Shown: positions 36,333 to 46,558 of the stretch, piece by piece
Numbering within the stretch: the stretch's first letter is position 1
How the letters are laid out: each line of letters begins with the position of its first letter
IMG/VR virus record: IMGVR_UViG_2716884766_000001
Span: 124,504 to 188,503 of that record
Reading direction: 5' to 3' (one strand)
Source of the DNA: a virus
Length of the DNA: 64,000 nt
Translations under genes and position numbers: made by a program
Notes under the pieces: generated by a model
Database searches by the model: none
The model's input: only the letters and a program-made list of their open reading frames with translations
Told to the model about the DNA's origin: nothing

Positions 36333-36899
36333 TTAAACTTTATTACCGTCGTTATCCTCAAATTCTAATAGGGTATACTGGAAGGTGACATCTGCTGTTA
36401 CGTAGTCAATGTCAGTAGGATCTGCTGAGAACCTCACACCACTGAGTGACACAGGGAATACATCCATGAATACTGTAGTGGTAATAGTATTAAAGTTACT
36501 GTCTAATACTAATAGTCTAGCATCTGTAGTTGCTTTTCGGAAGGGTTCTTGTCTACCAACTTCTTTCTTAACACCCGCAAGGTAATTAAAAAACTCTTCC
36601 TCTTCTTTAGGATTGGATAAACCTTTCATCCATTTGTATATCTCATAATAATTATCCATGTTCTCGTTGATCAAGAACGTTAGATTAAGATCACCAAAGG
36701 TCATCTTATCACCTGGTGTGTTATATGCTTTAACTCTGGTCTCTAGTTGTCTAGAACCTATGCTTATTTCTGGTAAGTTGACAGTCTGACAGAAAAATTC
36801 TACCGTAGGTATCCTCTCTATAAGAAACTTAAACCCAACTGGAGATAGAAAGTTCTTACTGTCAGGTGAAAACATCGCGTTTGAGGATGTCATTCCCAA
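36333..36899 (-). CDS. gp3: Tail tube terminator/completion protein
   Basis: NFLSPVGFKF...VEFFCQ.VNLP, F.DVFPVSLSG, TF.YT. Confidence 0.85.
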   Translation of the reverse strand: MGMTSSNAMFSPDSKNFLSPVGFKFLIERIPTVEFFCQTVNLPEISIGSRQLETRVKAYNTPGDKMTFGDLNLTFLINENMDNYYEIYKWMKGLSNPKEEEEFFNYLAGVKKEVGRQEPFRKATTDARLLVLDSNFNTITTTVFMDVFPVSLSGVRFSADPTDIDYVTADVTFQYTLLEFEDNDGNKV

Positions 36900-37054
36900 T
36901 ACTCATCTAATACATCTAATACATTATTTAGGATCATCTGAGCTGCTGCTCTCTCATTTTCATCCCAATGAGGGTACCACTGATGCCTATGAAGACCATC
37001 CTTCATCCTCATCACCTTCGCAGTCATCGCTACTTTGTTCACTCTTCCGTTCAT
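36890..37054 (-). CDS. Small hypothetical protein
   Basis: MNGRVNKVAM...WDE.ER.AAQ..LN.VLDVLDEY; likely start 37054. Confidence 0.65.
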   Translation of the reverse strand: MNGRVNKVAMTAKVMRMKDGLHRHQWYPHWDENERAAAQMILNNVLDVLDEYWE

Positions 37055-37072
37055 AGTATTATAATTTAGCAT

Positions 37073-37096
37073 AAAAAAAGGGGCGAAACGCCCCTT
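37073..37096 (-). terminator. Intrinsic terminator after gp23
   Basis: AAGGGGCG-TTT-CGCCCCTT plus T run. Confidence 0.9.
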
Positions 37097-37128
37097 GTAA
37101 AGTTATTTCAGTATATCCTGATACAGGA

Positions 37129-38496
37129 TTACATAAGGTTAGCAACTCTAACTCTTCTGTAGTAAGCGTTAGCACCAATGTTTGTGCTGTGCTGTGGATC
37201 AGAGTTTGAAAGTGCTGTAAGTCCCTTAGCGAATGGGTTAAGAACCATTCCGTAACGAGTTTTAAACCCGATACGTGGCTGGAATGTATCCTGACCAATC
37301 GCTCTGTACATTTGTAGCGGAACGTATGGGCAGTAGAATAATCCTGCGTCGTATGCGTTAGTACCTTTGTATCCAACAACGTAGTATTGGTCAGCAGATA
37401 CGTTTGCTGAGTAAGGGTCGATGTACACTTTGAATCTTCCGTTGATTGTACCAACGAATGTGTTTCCTGTGTCATCAATCTCGCCAAGTCCACCAACTGC
37501 TTGGTTGATACCTGAAGAGTAGTCTAGAACACCCGCCATAGCAAGAGCAGAAGCAACATCACTAGAAGTGATGATTACGTTACCCTTTCCTCTACGAGTC
37601 TCTAGTGCGATTGCGTTAGCATCTCTTTCGATCTGGAATAGTAGACCTTTGAATTTCTCAACAGACCATCTTCCATTTGAGTCAACGTCTAAGTCAAATA
37701 CACCTGCATTTGCTGTGTTAACCTGAGCACCAGGCTTAGCACCTCTGTATACAGTACGTACAACTTCTCTGTTGATTTCAGCAAGGATCTCAGTAGAAAG
37801 AATGTTTGCTAGTTCAGACTCGGCATCTAATCCGTGGATTGCTTTCAAGTCTTGAGCAAGTTCAACTGAGTAGTCTGCTCTTAATGCTCTACCTTTAGCT
37901 TCAACAGCAATTCTGTCGATGCTAAACGCCATTTCCATGAACGCTGTAGAAGTTCCTTCTCCAAGAGATTCCATCTCAGATGTGCCGAACTTAGAAGAAG
38001 CAAGGTCATAGTTACCTTCTGTTGTACCACCACCAGAAGCATCGTTGATCAAACCTGGGTTTTTCTCAGTTGTTGCTGTTGGAGGAGTAGCTCCGTCGGT
38101 ACCAGAGAACTGTGCGTCTGGCTCATCGAAGAATGCTTCGTTACCTGACTGGTTAACGTAGCGTGATCTCATTGCGAAGATTAATCCAGTAGGACCATTC
38201 ATAGGCTGAACACCTGCGATGTCATAAGCAATAAGCTTAGGCATAGCACGACGAATCAAGCTAATAAGAATTGGGTCGAAACCGAAGTTAGCACCCGCAC
38301 CTGTGGTAGGGGTGTTGATAGGACCTGCGTTAGTAGGTGCCTCTGTAAGGATTTGCTTTTCCTCACGCATGAACCTTTCTTGGTTCTCTAGGAGTTGTGC
38401 GGTAACCGCTTTACGATAGTTATCCTTTATCTCAGGAAGACCATCATGCTTTAGTACGGGATTCCACTTCTCCTGTAGTTTTTCTGTATTGAACAT
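37129..38496 (-). CDS. gp23: Major capsid protein
   Basis: LLENQ, DPILISLIRRAMP.LIAYDI.GVQPM.GPTGLIFAMR, FQPRIGFKTRYG. Confidence 0.99.
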   Translation of the reverse strand: MFNTEKLQEKWNPVLKHDGLPEIKDNYRKAVTAQLLENQERFMREEKQILTEAPTNAGPINTPTTGAGANFGFDPILISLIRRAMPKLIAYDIAGVQPMNGPTGLIFAMRSRYVNQSGNEAFFDEPDAQFSGTDGATPPTATTEKNPGLINDASGGGTTEGNYDLASSKFGTSEMESLGEGTSTAFMEMAFSIDRIAVEAKGRALRADYSVELAQDLKAIHGLDAESELANILSTEILAEINREVVRTVYRGAKPGAQVNTANAGVFDLDVDSNGRWSVEKFKGLLFQIERDANAIALETRRGKGNVIITSSDVASALAMAGVLDYSSGINQAVGGLGEIDDTGNTFVGTINGRFKVYIDPYSANVSADQYYVVGYKGTNAYDAGLFYCPYVPLQMYRAIGQDTFQPRIGFKTRYGMVLNPFAKGLTALSNSDPQHSTNIGANAYYRRVRVANLM

Positions 38497-38523
38497 TTTA
38501 AAATGTTAGTTTAAGAGAGTGAA

Positions 38524-39618
38524 TTAGATCCTTTTAGCTAGTTGCTCGACATATGCTGCCATGCTTTCACTAACAGTTTCAAGTGTTTTTTCTGCTTCTG
38601 GAGCAGATTCTTCTGAAGCAACCTCAGTCACGGTCTCTGCCTTTGGAGCACCAAAGTATGATTCCTTAATTTGACCTAGCTTCTCACGATACGACTCATC
38701 AGATTTGAATTCGACTGCATCGGCAAGGGATTTGAACTTGTCCTTCTGTGTCTCAGCGAGACCTCTGGTTAGTTCTGTCAAAATCTCATTTTTACGATAG
38801 GTACCCACTACCTCGTGTAGTTCGACATTCTTCTTAACCTGTTCGTTAAGTCGGTCTTCCATGTCATCTATTTTCTCGCTCATCTCAGCAGCAAGATCCA
38901 GTTTATCATCTGGAACATTGATGTTTGATTCGATGAACAATTTCCTTAATCCTTCCATGAACGTCTCAGTGACTTCAGTGCGGAGACCTTGCTCTACTGC
39001 AAGTTCGTTCTCCTTGAGCCACTCATCTGCAGCGTACTGGAGGAAATTCTCTACGCGGCCAGCAAACTCGTCTTTCATTGATTCGATTTCTTCAACGAAT
39101 TTTGCTGCTGCTTGCTCCTTAAGGGAGTCAATCTTTGCTGCGACTCTTGCGTCTACAGCTGCTTCAAAGACAGTCTTTGCTTTTGCTGTGAAGTCTTCAT
39201 CTAAATCAGCACCCTTAAGTACTGCATCGATGTCTTCACTGCTGTCTTCAGTTACCACATCTCCTTCGACTTCCACGTCGTCAAAGATTTTAGCTGATAA
39301 AGCACCAGGCATTGATGATGATGCACCAGATGGTTTCATCTTCAAGGTCTTGTCTTTTTCTACTCCTACAGGAGCAGCTGCTTTTTTACCAACGTTGTCA
39401 GGACCTTCAGGTTTTTCCTTAGAAGAACCACCTACCTCAATGGCATCGTTCTTTAAGTCTGACTTTTGTTGTGGAACAGCACCACCAGTTATGGCAGTGT
39501 TACCTGTTGCTGCGTCTTCAGAAACTTCGGTTTTTGGTTCAGATGCTTCCTCAGCTACAGCTTCAGTTGCTTTCTTTTCCGCGATGAGTTTCTCAAATTT
39601 TTCATCTATTGTGGACAT
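38524..39618 (-). CDS. gp22: Prohead core scaffold protein
   Basis: KAKTVFEAAV, YAADEWLKEN.LAVE.GLR.E. Confidence 0.95.
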   Translation of the reverse strand: MSTIDEKFEKLIAEKKATEAVAEEASEPKTEVSEDAATGNTAITGGAVPQQKSDLKNDAIEVGGSSKEKPEGPDNVGKKAAAPVGVEKDKTLKMKPSGASSSMPGALSAKIFDDVEVEGDVVTEDSSEDIDAVLKGADLDEDFTAKAKTVFEAAVDARVAAKIDSLKEQAAAKFVEEIESMKDEFAGRVENFLQYAADEWLKENELAVEQGLRTEVTETFMEGLRKLFIESNINVPDDKLDLAAEMSEKIDDMEDRLNEQVKKNVELHEVVGTYRKNEILTELTRGLAETQKDKFKSLADAVEFKSDESYREKLGQIKESYFGAPKAETVTEVASEESAPEAEKTLETVSESMAAYVEQLAKRI

Positions 39619-39660
39619 GGTTTCTCCTACGAAATAAGATCTGCGGTAATTTACTATTTT

Positions 39661-39668
39661 TATTTATA
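39661..39668 (-). promoter_or_regulatory. Late promoter TATAAATA (gp22/gp23)
   Basis: Exact consensus in the gp21-gp22 gap. Confidence 0.85.
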
Positions 39669-39670
39669 AT

Positions 39671-40318
39671 TTATATACTTCTTAGGAAACTCGCGAACGC
39701 GGAGATTTTCCTTTCTTGAAGTTCTTGTGGTGTAGGTGCGTTGTCAATAGCAGCCTTGATCTCTTCGATCTGTTGCTCTTTGAACTTGCCATCTACAGTG
39801 ACCCACTCACGTCCTTCGTATATACCTTCTACGAATGCATCAGGTGCTGAAGGATCTGCTACGATGTCCGCAGCAGTGGAAAGAATAAAGTCATCTGCTA
39901 CCACAGAACAACTACCTTCCTTCTTGATTGAACCGAGACCTCTTGATGATACTCCCAGTTGTACACCTTCTTCGAGTAAAGACTTTGCAATCTTACCCAT
40001 TGGTGTTTCCATAAGTTTCGCCTTACCTATGAAGTTAGTACCTTCTGGATAAAGTTCAACGATTTTATGTGACACTCTATCTAGGTTAAGTGTCGGACCC
40101 TCTGGATGACCTAACTCACCAAGAGCTCTACCTCTGTTAACGAACTCCTCATTATACTTTGACACCTCTCTATTCATGGTATCGAATTTGTACATCCGAC
40201 CATTGCGATTGGTTATCTCAGTCTGTAGGAATACACCTTTGATATAGGTTGATTTCTTACCGTCTTTTTCTTCGGTAAGAACTTCTATATCATTGTTCTG
40301 TTCCGTTATCAGTTTCAT
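39671..40318 (-). CDS. gp21: Prohead protease
   Basis: NRNGRMY, ALGELGHP, GVSSRGLGS, DIVADPSAPDAFV. Confidence 0.97.
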   Translation of the reverse strand: MKLITEQNNDIEVLTEEKDGKKSTYIKGVFLQTEITNRNGRMYKFDTMNREVSKYNEEFVNRGRALGELGHPEGPTLNLDRVSHKIVELYPEGTNFIGKAKLMETPMGKIAKSLLEEGVQLGVSSRGLGSIKKEGSCSVVADDFILSTAADIVADPSAPDAFVEGIYEGREWVTVDGKFKEQQIEEIKAAIDNAPTPQELQERKISAFASFLRSI

Positions 40319-40544
40319 CAGTAGGTTCCTCTAATTCAGCAGTAGGGTTTTCCAGTGCTTCTGGATCAGGTTCCGCATTACCTTCATCAGGTACATGAGG
40401 AAACATCCTGTCAGCAACACCTTGCTTACTAGCGTCTACTGCCATAGCAGCTTTCACTTGTAGCATGTCTTTGAGTTTTCCCAGAGCGTCAGCCTGGTCG
40501 TCATTCCAAAGCAAATCAACGAGTTCTCGTTCTTGTGAAGCCAT
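40290..40544 (-). CDS. Small prohead core protein (gp67-like position)
   Basis: 84 aa, acidic tail, between gp20 and gp21; late promoter upstream. Confidence 0.7.
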   Translation of the reverse strand: MASQERELVDLLWNDDQADALGKLKDMLQVKAAMAVDASKQGVADRMFPHVPDEGNAEPDPEALENPTAELEEPTDETDNGTEQ

Positions 40545-40564
40545 AATAAATGTGTTACGTAATG

Positions 40565-42217
40565 TTATTTATTACCATTCCCACTTTTAGCAGGGGTTCT
40601 GGTACTACCAGAGGGGTTAGTGGTACCCTTTTCTTTGGTAGATTTAATCTGTGCTTTCTTCATCTCCTTATCAAGATCCGCATTTTGTTTCTCATCTTCC
40701 ATGGCTTGATTATCCATAGCGGTGACTTCTAATGGGTCTATGATTTTACCTGAAGAAATATCATCTGACATCTGATCGTCAAGTTCTTTTTTCTCGACTT
40801 CAGATTGACCTAAGATGTTTGTACGTACGTATTCAGTTGAGAAGTAACGTCCCATGAATGGTTCCATGGCAGTGATTAAGTTAATCTTCTCGTTTAACAT
40901 TTCAATATTCTTAAGTTCTGTAAAGTGATTGTCATATAAGTAATCGTACTGTATATGCTCCTTCATATCATCCCAGTCTTCTGGTGTGATCACACCTTTT
41001 AGAATGAGTTGAGTCTTAAGAATGTCTTGGAACATCTCACTAAATTTCTTGCGGAGTTTACCCACAAACTTAGTGAACTTCAGTTCATCACGCATGATCT
41101 CTGAAGATCTTCCTATGTTAAATGTTGACTCTGAATCTAAACGACCAGCTGGTACGTTCAGTGCCTTGTAAAGTTTAGTCTGGAAGTACTGGATGTCCGT
41201 AAGTTCTCCAAGATTTTGTCCACCTGGTAACGTAGTGATTTCAGTACCTCGTCCTCCTTCTCTACGTGGCAACCAGAAATCTTCGAGCATCGACATGTAT
41301 TTTCTGTCATCTCTAATCTCTCCTGTGTTAGCATCGTAAACAAGTTTGTTTCTATAGCGACTCATTACCTCACGTAGGTATTGCTCCGCTTTCACCTTTG
41401 GTAGGTTTCCTACATCAATGTAGAAAATTCTACGCTCTGGTGCTCTTGATATCCTGTAGATAACAAGAGAGTCCTCGATCATCATGAGTTGATTAAGAAC
41501 TTTGATTGCCTTATGTAAGTAAGACAATACTATATTCTTATTAGTATCAAGGATACCAGAGGTGACATATGTTATAGCATCTTTCGCAATCTTTATACCA
41601 CTATTTGCGGAGGTGTTGCGTAGTCCTTTGGGGTTGTATATAAAATATTCATCTACCTTTCCGTAGTCTAGTGACTGGAACTGGTCTGCTGTCTTTGGAA
41701 TCTTGTTGATCTGTCTGACCTTCTTGATCTTTTGTGGATCTACATAGCGGAGTTCGAGTATACCATCTTGAGGTCTCTTCAAATCTATGACCTTATGATA
41801 ATACAAACGCCCATCAATGTACCATCTACGGAACATCTCATGGGCTTTAGTATCAAATCCTATTAAGTTTTTAATATAATCGAACTCGTCTCTAATCATA
41901 TTTTTGACAGAATCACTGACATCTAAGTTTGCCAGATCAATCTGTACGGGCGAATCGTTCTGATCTGTGACGATTGCCTCTTGTATAATGTCTTCAATTG
42001 CACTGTCTACTTCAGGGTGCATCGCCATCATGCGATACTTAACCACCATGTCATATTCAGTTTTGAAGTTACCGTCTAGATCTACGTAGGTTCCATGATA
42101 ACCTCCCGCAATGAAACTGGTAGCACCGTCTTCATTCGTGGGGGCAACAGGAGAGGGAGCACTTTTCTTTAACTGCTCCTCTCTTTTCCTAAACGAGAAT
42201 CCGAATAACTCTGCCAT
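40565..42217 (-). CDS. gp20: Portal vertex protein
   Basis: IYRISRAPERRIFYIDVGNLPK.KAEQYL, EDFWLPRREGGRGTEI. Confidence 0.99.
   Translation of the reverse strand: MAELFGFSFRKREEQLKKSAPSPVAPTNEDGATSFIAGGYHGTYVDLDGNFKTEYDMVVKYRMMAMHPEVDSAIEDIIQEAIVTDQNDSPVQIDLANLDVSDSVKNMIRDEFDYIKNLIGFDTKAHEMFRRWYIDGRLYYHKVIDLKRPQDGILELRYVDPQKIKKVRQINKIPKTADQFQSLDYGKVDEYFIYNPKGLRNTSANSGIKIAKDAITYVTSGILDTNKNIVLSYLHKAIKVLNQLMMIEDSLVIYRISRAPERRIFYIDVGNLPKVKAEQYLREVMSRYRNKLVYDANTGEIRDDRKYMSMLEDFWLPRREGGRGTEITTLPGGQNLGELTDIQYFQTKLYKALNVPAGRLDSESTFNIGRSSEIMRDELKFTKFVGKLRKKFSEMFQDILKTQLILKGVITPEDWDDMKEHIQYDYLYDNHFTELKNIEMLNEKINLITAMEPFMGRYFSTEYVRTNILGQSEVEKKELDDQMSDDISSGKIIDPLEVTAMDNQAMEDEKQNADLDKEMKKAQIKSTKEKGTTNPSGSTRTPAKSGNGNK
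40566..40573 (-). promoter_or_regulatory. Late promoter AATAAATA
   Basis: Overlaps the gp20 stop codon. Confidence 0.7.
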
Positions 42218-42239
42218 AATATTGTGTACTTGTACCTAT

Positions 42240-42246
42240 TATTTAG
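42240..42246 (-). promoter_or_regulatory. Late promoter variant CTAAATA (gp20)
   Basis: In the gp19-gp20 junction. Confidence 0.6.
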
Positions 42247-42834
42247 TTAGGTTGCGGAAGTAACTCTTTTCATAGTGTTGGATCCTATTCCAGTCTCGAA
42301 GTACTGATAAGCAAACTCAACATCGAACTCTTCATAAGAATCGTTGTTGTCATATGCTATTGATACCTGAGATACAGATACTGGGAACGCACTAATGAGT
42401 TTGTACTCTCTGATGTTCTTAAATCCTGTAGCACTACCACCAAACTTATCCATCTGGGTAACTGTAATATCCTTTAAGATATCACTGATATTACCAGCTG
42501 CTGTGTTAGCGTCAACTGTGTTAGTTAACTCTACCCACTTTTCATAAGCACCACGTAACTCAAACGCATCATCCATGTAGAATGTAGCAGTCCATGATTC
42601 AAAGGTTCTGTCGCCAGGTACCTTTATTACTCTACCACGGAAAGGTAGTTCGACTGTACCTACAGTAGATGCAGGAAGAGCAGCAGACTTACATAAGAAA
42701 GTTGCTAGTTCTTTGTTGACACTCAACCCTCCTGTACTAGGAAAGTCGTGGTTCACTTGGAACAGGTTAGGTCTAACTGCTCCTTTAATTTTTTGTTGGA
42801 ACTGTAAAACGCCCAACGCTGCGGTTTCTGCCAT
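42247..42834 (-). CDS. gp19: Tail tube protein
   Basis: RPNLFQV, FRGR.IKVPGDRTF..W. Confidence 0.96.
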   Translation of the reverse strand: MAETAALGVLQFQQKIKGAVRPNLFQVNHDFPSTGGLSVNKELATFLCKSAALPASTVGTVELPFRGRVIKVPGDRTFESWTATFYMDDAFELRGAYEKWVELTNTVDANTAAGNISDILKDITVTQMDKFGGSATGFKNIREYKLISAFPVSVSQVSIAYDNNDSYEEFDVEFAYQYFETGIGSNTMKRVTSAT

Positions 42835-42837
42835 TGT

Positions 42838-44796
42838 TTAGGTTCTCCTTGGGATTACTTCCTCGAAGCTAACGCCAGTACGTGTAGCAACAAAGGTTAG
42901 TGTAATGAAGTTGATTGAACGAGAAGGTTTGATGTATATTTCAGCAACAAACTCATTTCTATCAATTACTTCAGGTGTGTTGTTAGAACTATCACATACA
43001 ACTAAGAAATCAGTGATACCACGACGTGCTTGGATGTCACGTAGATATGGTTCAATGATGTTGTTGAAGTTGTTTCTAGTAAATTCGTCGTTTAGTTCAA
43101 ACAATACTCCCTTCGCAGCATTTCCTATTGTCTTCTCTACGACGAGGAAGAGACGACGGACGTTGATGCGATCAAAAGCAGATGGTGAAGCGAGAGCAGT
43201 TTTGTCTCCGAAGAGCACGATACCTTGACCAGGAAGAGATGTGATAGGGTTAACTCTCTTCTGATATAGTGTATCTCTTTCAGATTTTTTAGGTGAGTAT
43301 GCTAGTTTAATAGCATTTCTGATTCCACCTCGGTTCAATCCTGCGGGAGAGAACCATGGGTCACCGTTAGCAGTGGTGCTAGAACATAGTCCAGCTACGT
43401 CACCGTTACATGGTACCCATCTATACTTGTCAGCGAAGCGGTCATAAAGATACTTCCAACCACTATCGAAGACAGCGTAAGACGTTGACGCAAAGTTTTC
43501 AAAGAATGAAACTATGTTTGATGTCTGAGTGGCAGAGTCTGCTACTCCGATTACATTTGTTTTATCTGGAGAGATAAACGCTACACAGTCTTTTCTGTTT
43601 CCTGCGATACTTATTAGTTTGTTTGCCTTTGCCTGAGACTCGGTTTCATTACCACCGCCACCACCCATGATGAGGTAGTCGATCTGAACTGTCTCTGGAT
43701 CAGCAAAGTAATCATATCCTGATATGATTTCTGCCTGTGTTAAATCGAAATCATCAGCACCACCAGTCAATACGTATTCTTTCTCACCAAGAACGTCGAA
43801 TGCTGTTGTACTGTTTCCACCAAAGTTAGAAGAGTTGGCAAGAGCGTTGCCACTTACATCCCAGATGTCCTCATTATCATGAGAACCCCAGTAGATATAC
43901 TGACTTGATGTAAGTAATACTTCTGGATAGTATACGTTAGATCCTTCAGCAGATTTACCGTCGGATGCCTTTGATAGATAAAGGAATTTTTCAAGAACAG
44001 TGTTAGGTGTTCCTGTTACTCCACCGTCTACATCAACTACAACGATGTGCATCTCGTCAGTTGATCCACCACGATCAGCAACGTATGGTGATGTGCCTGG
44101 TCGGGGAGCCACTTGATTCCAGTTCAAGCCTGTTGTGATAGTCTGAGCATCGTACCAATCTTGTACACCAACGATAGGAATGTCAGGACTAGAACCATCG
44201 TCAACGATGTCTGTTGTTGTCCATCCACCACCTGTTACCCAGATGATGTCAACCTTTACTCCGTCTATTGCGTGAATGTACGCAGATTTAGTACCAACTG
44301 TATTCTCTAGTAATGATCCTGGAATAGCACCACCCGCTAGAGAGTTGTTTAGTGTTAGTTGCTGACTAGCACCCGCGTCGATTGCTACAACTTTAATTGA
44401 GTTACCTACAGTACCTACAGACCTAGACGCATAGTCCCATGCCTGAGTTCCATCGTAGTAATTACCTTCGTAATCTTCTACGCTATTAATTGTAACTGAT
44501 ACTCCACCTTTATTAGCAGTCTTAAGTGACGCACCACTAGCACGTACTACATCAAGCACTCCACCGTATGAGAGGAATGAGCTTGCTGCGAACCATGTTT
44601 CATAGTTGCTGTCAGAGGGTTCACCGAATGTAGATAGTAATTCTGATTCACTGTTGATTCTAACTGGTTTGTTAACAGGTCCTTTACTAAAGGCACCCGC
44701 TATTGCTCCAACGTTAACTTCTACGGTTTCAATGTTTCCGAGGGACGCATCCCTCTCTTGAATTACCACTCCTGGTGAGAGAAGTGTGCTAGCCAT
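42838..44796 (-). CDS. gp18: Tail sheath protein
   Basis: LSPGVVIQERD, PWFSPAGLNRG, RINVRRLF, KPSRSINFI. Confidence 0.98.
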   Translation of the reverse strand: MASTLLSPGVVIQERDASLGNIETVEVNVGAIAGAFSKGPVNKPVRINSESELLSTFGEPSDSNYETWFAASSFLSYGGVLDVVRASGASLKTANKGGVSVTINSVEDYEGNYYDGTQAWDYASRSVGTVGNSIKVVAIDAGASQQLTLNNSLAGGAIPGSLLENTVGTKSAYIHAIDGVKVDIIWVTGGGWTTTDIVDDGSSPDIPIVGVQDWYDAQTITTGLNWNQVAPRPGTSPYVADRGGSTDEMHIVVVDVDGGVTGTPNTVLEKFLYLSKASDGKSAEGSNVYYPEVLLTSSQYIYWGSHDNEDIWDVSGNALANSSNFGGNSTTAFDVLGEKEYVLTGGADDFDLTQAEIISGYDYFADPETVQIDYLIMGGGGGNETESQAKANKLISIAGNRKDCVAFISPDKTNVIGVADSATQTSNIVSFFENFASTSYAVFDSGWKYLYDRFADKYRWVPCNGDVAGLCSSTTANGDPWFSPAGLNRGGIRNAIKLAYSPKKSERDTLYQKRVNPITSLPGQGIVLFGDKTALASPSAFDRINVRRLFLVVEKTIGNAAKGVLFELNDEFTRNNFNNIIEPYLRDIQARRGITDFLVVCDSSNNTPEVIDRNEFVAEIYIKPSRSINFITLTFVATRTGVSFEEVIPRRT

Positions 44797-44836
44797 GCTT
44801 GGTACTCCTAATGAATAATTTCAATTTGTCTAAAAA

Positions 44837-44843
44837 TATTTAG
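44837..44843 (-). promoter_or_regulatory. Late promoter variant CTAAATA (gp18)
   Basis: In the gp17-gp18 gap. Confidence 0.65.
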
Positions 44844-44857
44844 GGAAAGTAGCTTTT

Positions 44858-46558
44858 CTACCGATACTCCCACATAAATGATCTGTCACCATACTCGTCT
44901 GTATTCCATTTACTGTCTTCCCTGTCACTTCCGTCCATCTCAAGTGACCAGACATCTCCTTTCTCATCTACTACCACCTCTTCATCATCTACACCGTTAA
45001 GAATAAATCCAAATGGTGCCATGTCTTGCTCTATCTGATTTTTCTGTTCTTCGTAGATCCTGCGACGGATGTCCTGATCTGTAAGTTCTTTAAAATACTC
45101 TTGCTGTACTAACCACGCAAAGATAACCAGACACATTACAAGGTCATCGTTATATCCCTCGTCTGCCTCAAATGATTGCTTGTTTTGTATGAATGTAGTC
45201 AGTTCAGATACAATGTTATAGTCGTTTACAATTAGTTTATCATCTTCTATCAGTGTCTTGAGGTTTGAGCATCCCTGTGCTTTCACAGTCTTACTCATCT
45301 TGACACCCATCTGTGTCTTACCTCCGCTAAATCCTGTACCAACTATCTGTCCAGCTCTACCACGCATAGCACACATGAGTACATTCTCATACTCCACATC
45401 ATAATGGAGTTGTGATGCTACTGCCTCTCCTATATCATTTACTTCTATCAATACATATGCCATATTATATGCCTTTGCTACGTCAGCAATGACATTTGGT
45501 AGGAGCATAGGTCTAATCTCATGGTCTCTATACTTTGCTACGAGTTTCCATGGAGCTTGTGATATGTCTATAACGCAGAAAGCACTATAATCCTGTGCTA
45601 AACCACGGGATATATCGCACGTAATTATATAATCTCTCTCAGGTATAGGGTTTTCATATACATCTAGTGATCCATTTGTCCGCACGGGGTCATCATAAGT
45701 CAGTACTCTTAACTTACTAGCAGCTATGAGTGTATCAACAGACCCTAGGAACTCACAGTCAAACTCTTGAGTGAACTGTCTGACTGACGTGTTGGCAATA
45801 GTAGTTTCTTTCCACGCAGCATCCCTGCCTGGTACTTTTGACCAGTGTACTTCAGTCCATATGTATCCGTTCCTACCTTTCTGTGCGTCAACCCACAACT
45901 TGTAGAAATGATTCATTCCGTTGGGGGTAGAAATAATAATGACTTTCGTGGACTTACCAGAAGTAATAGTAGGATAAACGGAACTAAAGAATTGCTCCGC
46001 AATATGGTTAGGTATAAACGCAAACTCATCGAGGAAGATGATGTTAAACGACATACCACGAACAGCAGATGCTGAAGTAGATGCAGCGAGAATCTTTGAT
46101 CCATTTTCTAACTCCATGCTACCCTTGTTCCATGCTATGATCCCCTGTTGCATCCAGAGTGGGAGTTGTTCATAGGCAAGTTGTAGTCTTCCGAGTAGAT
46201 CTCTAGCAGTGGATAGCTTGTTTGCTAGGATACCAATGTTCACGTTGTCGTTGAACAGTGCATAATGTAAAAGGTAAGACACACACGTAGTGGACTTACC
46301 AGTCTGTCTAGGAAGTTTTGCTATATTAAACCTGTTCTCGTGAAAGTTTCTAATCAATTCCTGTTGGAAGTCCCACATCTTAAATGGAACTATACCTTCA
46401 TCAAGAGATATAATCTTGATGTAGTTCATAGCAAAGTATACAGGATCTGCCTTACACTTAAGGTATTCCTGTATTTGTTCTTGGGTAAACTCAATTTCAG
46501 TTCCAACCTTTTTGAGGTTGGGGTTACCAAGATAGAAGTCTTGGGCAGATGAAGGCAT
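44858..46558 (-). CDS. gp17: Terminase large subunit
   Basis: YLGNPNLK, LPRQTGKST, FLDEFAF, STPNG, DDLVM. Confidence 0.98.
   Translation of the reverse strand: MPSSAQDFYLGNPNLKKVGTEIEFTQEQIQEYLKCKADPVYFAMNYIKIISLDEGIVPFKMWDFQQELIRNFHENRFNIAKLPRQTGKSTTCVSYLLHYALFNDNVNIGILANKLSTARDLLGRLQLAYEQLPLWMQQGIIAWNKGSMELENGSKILAASTSASAVRGMSFNIIFLDEFAFIPNHIAEQFFSSVYPTITSGKSTKVIIISTPNGMNHFYKLWVDAQKGRNGYIWTEVHWSKVPGRDAAWKETTIANTSVRQFTQEFDCEFLGSVDTLIAASKLRVLTYDDPVRTNGSLDVYENPIPERDYIITCDISRGLAQDYSAFCVIDISQAPWKLVAKYRDHEIRPMLLPNVIADVAKAYNMAYVLIEVNDIGEAVASQLHYDVEYENVLMCAMRGRAGQIVGTGFSGGKTQMGVKMSKTVKAQGCSNLKTLIEDDKLIVNDYNIVSELTTFIQNKQSFEADEGYNDDLVMCLVIFAWLVQQEYFKELTDQDIRRRIYEEQKNQIEQDMAPFGFILNGVDDEEVVVDEKGDVWSLEMDGSDREDSKWNTDEYGDRSFMWEYR

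Noticed and set aside
37059-37496. 145-aa minus-strand ORF overlapping the end of gp23 (and similar alternative-frame ORFs in gp43, gp17 and the fibre gene)
   Set aside because: It is an out-of-frame overlap with a conserved gene and would read through the gp23 terminator. There is no motif support.
10224-46558. Introns or inteins in gp41, gp43, uvsX, gp46, uvsW, gp20, gp23 or gp17
   Set aside because: All ORFs are continuous, of ordinary length, and show no intein N/C-terminal motifs or LAGLIDADG/HNH inserts.
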